A program made the translations under genes and the position numbers. From NCBI RefSeq assembly GCF_003334765.1, contig NZ_QOWT01000017.1: DNA of 64,000 nucleotides; one strand, 5' to 3'. This document shows, piece after piece, positions 61,573-64,000 of the stretch (its first letter is position 1; every line of letters starts with the position of its first letter). The stretch is from Escherichia coli. Lineage in GTDB: Bacteria > Pseudomonadota > Gammaproteobacteria > Enterobacterales > Enterobacteriaceae. The notes beneath the pieces were generated by a model that was given only the letters and a program-made list of their open reading frames with translations, had not been told where the DNA came from and did not search any database.

Positions 61573-62640
61573 TTAGCCTTTCAGACCTAAACGCTCGCCC
61601 TGATAGCTGCCGTCCTGCACCTGCTTCCACCAGCTTTCATTAGCCAGATACCACTGAACCGTTTTACGCATTCCACTTTCAAAGGTTTCCTGCGGCAGCC
61701 AGCCAAGTTCACGGGCAATTTTCGAAGCATCAATGGCATAACGCAGATCATGCCCCGGACGGTCAGCGACAAAGGTGATCAGGTCACGATAGTGCGCCAC
61801 GCCGTGCGGCTTGTTCGGAGCCAGTTCTTCCAGCAGCTCGCAAATGGTTTCCACAACATCGAGATTCTTACGCTCGTTGTGACCACCAATATTATAGGTT
61901 TCACCGACTTTCCCGGTGGTCGCCACGCAATACAGCGCGCGGGCGTGATCTTCCACATACAGCCAGTCACGGATTTGCTGCCCGTTGCCATATACCGGCA
62001 GCGATTTACCCGCCAGCGCGTTGAGGATCATCAGCGGGATCAGTTTTTCCGGAAAGTGGTAAGGGCCGTAGTTATTCGAGCAGTTGGTGATAAGCGTCGG
62101 CAGACCATAGGTCCGCAGCCAGGCGCGCACCAGATGGTCGCTGCTGGCTTTTGACGCGGAATAAGGGCTGCTCGGCGCATACGGCGTGGTTTCGGTGAAG
62201 AAATCATCCGTCGAGTGCAGGTCACCATATACTTCGTCAGTGGAGATATGATGAAAACGGAACGCTGATTTTTTATCTTCCGTCAGCGCATTCCAGTAAG
62301 CCCGCGCCGCTTCAAGCAATGTATAAGTCCCGACAATGTTGGTTTCAATAAACGCTGCCGGGCCGTCAATAGAACGGTCAACATGGCTTTCGGCTGCCAG
62401 ATGCATGACACAGTCTGGCTGATGCTCAGTGAATACGCGTGCCAGTTCTGCCCGATCGCAGATATCAACTTTCTCAAAGGCAAAGCGCTCGCTTTGCGCG
62501 ACCGGTGCCAGCGACATCAGGTTTCCGGCGTAGGTCAGCTTATCGACCACTACCACCGCGTCGCTCGTTTCGTTGATGATATAACGCACCAGCGCCGAGC
62601 CAATAAACCCGGCACCACCTGTTATCAGAATTTTTCTCAT
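61573..62640 (-). CDS. rffG: dTDP-glucose 4,6-dehydratase
   Basis: 355-aa SDR-type ORF with GGAGFIG Rossmann motif. Confidence 0.93.
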
Positions 62641-63902
62641 CAGCGCCAGACTCCTTTGGCATCGACGACATACTGCTGATGGACATTGTCGCCATTGATA
62701 ACTTTGAACTGACTATGATCGACCAGCATCACCAGCACGTCTGCCGTTGCCAGCGCCTCGTCAAGCTGCGCCAGAGTACAAAGCCCGGTCAGTTTTTTCG
62801 GCAACTGGTGGATGTTAGGCTCAACAACCAGAGTTTCGCCGCTATGCCACTGGGCGATCAGTTCAGCGATTTCCATCGCCGGGCTTTCGCGCAGGTCATC
62901 AATATTCGGTTTAAACGCCAGACCAAAGCAGGCGATTTTCAGTTCACTGGCGCGTTTATCGGTAGCCGCCAGGCAATCAGCCACCGCCGCTTTCACCTGA
63001 TCGATAACCCAGAACGGTTTGTGATCGTTCACTTCGCGCGCGGTACGGATAAGCCGCGCCTGCTGGGGGTTCTGTGCCACGATAAACCACGGATCAACAG
63101 CAATGCAGTGACCGCCCACGCCAGGGCCAGGCTGAAGAATATTAACGCGAGGGTGACGATTCGCCAGGCGAATCAGTTCCCAGACGTTAATCCCCTGATC
63201 GGCACAAATCAGCGACAATTCATTAGCAAAAGCGATATTCACATCGCGGAAGCTGTTTTCGGTGAGCTTACACATTTCCGCCGTCCGCGAGTTAGTGACG
63301 ACACACTCACCTTCGAGGAAAATTTTGTACAGTTCGCTGGCGCGGGCCGAACAAACCGGCGTCATACCACCAATCACGCGATCGTTTTTAATCAGCTCGA
63401 CCATTACCTGTCCTGGTAACACGCGTTCCGGGCAGTAAGCAATGTTGACGTCCGCCTGCTCGCCCACCTGCTGCGGGAAAGTGAGATCCGGACGCATCTC
63501 TGCTAACCATTCTGCCATCTTCTCGGTTGACCCCACCGGCGAGGTGGATTCAAGGATCACCAGCGCGCCTTTTTTCAGCACTGGCGCAATGGAGCGAGCA
63601 GCCGATTCAACGTAGGTCATATCTGGCTCATGATCGCCCTTAAACGGCGTGGGTACAGCAATCAGCCAGGCATCCGCTTCAACTGGCGTCGTGCTCGCTC
63701 GTAAAAAACCGCCTTCTACGGCAGTTTTTACTACACTCGCCAAATCAGGTTCGACGATATGGATTTCGCCACGATTGATGGTATCAACCGCATGTTGGTT
63801 GATATCGACACCAATTACCTGTTTTTGCCGTGAGGCAAACGCTGCTGCCGTTGGCAGCCCGATATAACCCAGTCCGATAACAGAAATGGTCGCAAAACTC
63901 AT
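62640..63902 (-). CDS. wecC: UDP-N-acetyl-D-mannosamine dehydrogenase
   Basis: 420-aa ORF with N-terminal GxGxxG motif. Confidence 0.93.
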
Positions 63903-64000
63903 AGTGATATCCGATTATTTTTTAACGCTTCCAGAATGCGAGAGCATGCCTGACCATCACCATACGGGTTATGGGCGCGGCTCATAGCTTGATATTCGTT
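63899..64000 (-). CDS. wecB: UDP-N-acetylglucosamine 2-epimerase, 3' fragment (5' part lies beyond the window)
   Basis: Minus-strand frame ends ...[23 protein letters not shown]-stop; stop overlaps wecC ATG (ATGA). Confidence 0.85.
   Translation of the reverse strand, partial: NEYQAMSRAHNPYGDGQACSRILEALKNNRISL

Overview
This window reads as a contiguous, densely packed stretch of Escherichia coli core chromosome (K-12-like), running from hemG (beside the rrnA P1 promoter at the window edge) through trkH, pepQ, fadBA, fre, ubiD, rfaH, tatABCD, ubiB/J/E, rmuC, udp, metE/metR, pldB, rhtB/C, recQ, pldA, rarD, corA, uvrD, xerC, dapF, cyaY, cyaA, hemCDXY, aslA/B and yifK into the ECA (wec/rff) cluster. 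All gene identities, the GlmZ match and the named binding sites are recognised from memory of the proteins and motifs, not from a database search. ORF-track starts were trimmed where the track had extended to an upstream in-frame codon (the track translates GTG/TTG starts as M). Features the ORF track cannot show include the GlmZ sRNA in the hemY-aslA spacer, the argX-hisR-leuT-proM tRNA operon, four REP/BIME clusters at convergent junctions, and several regulatory sites (rrn P1, FadR operator, LexA box, CRP sites, candidate MetJ boxes). I found no CRISPR array, IS element, prophage or recognisable novel multi-gene system. The least-explained parts are the AT-rich yigF-yigG islet, the long corA leader, the yifL-cyaY spacer and the AT-rich glmZ-aslA spacer with two perfect palindromes.
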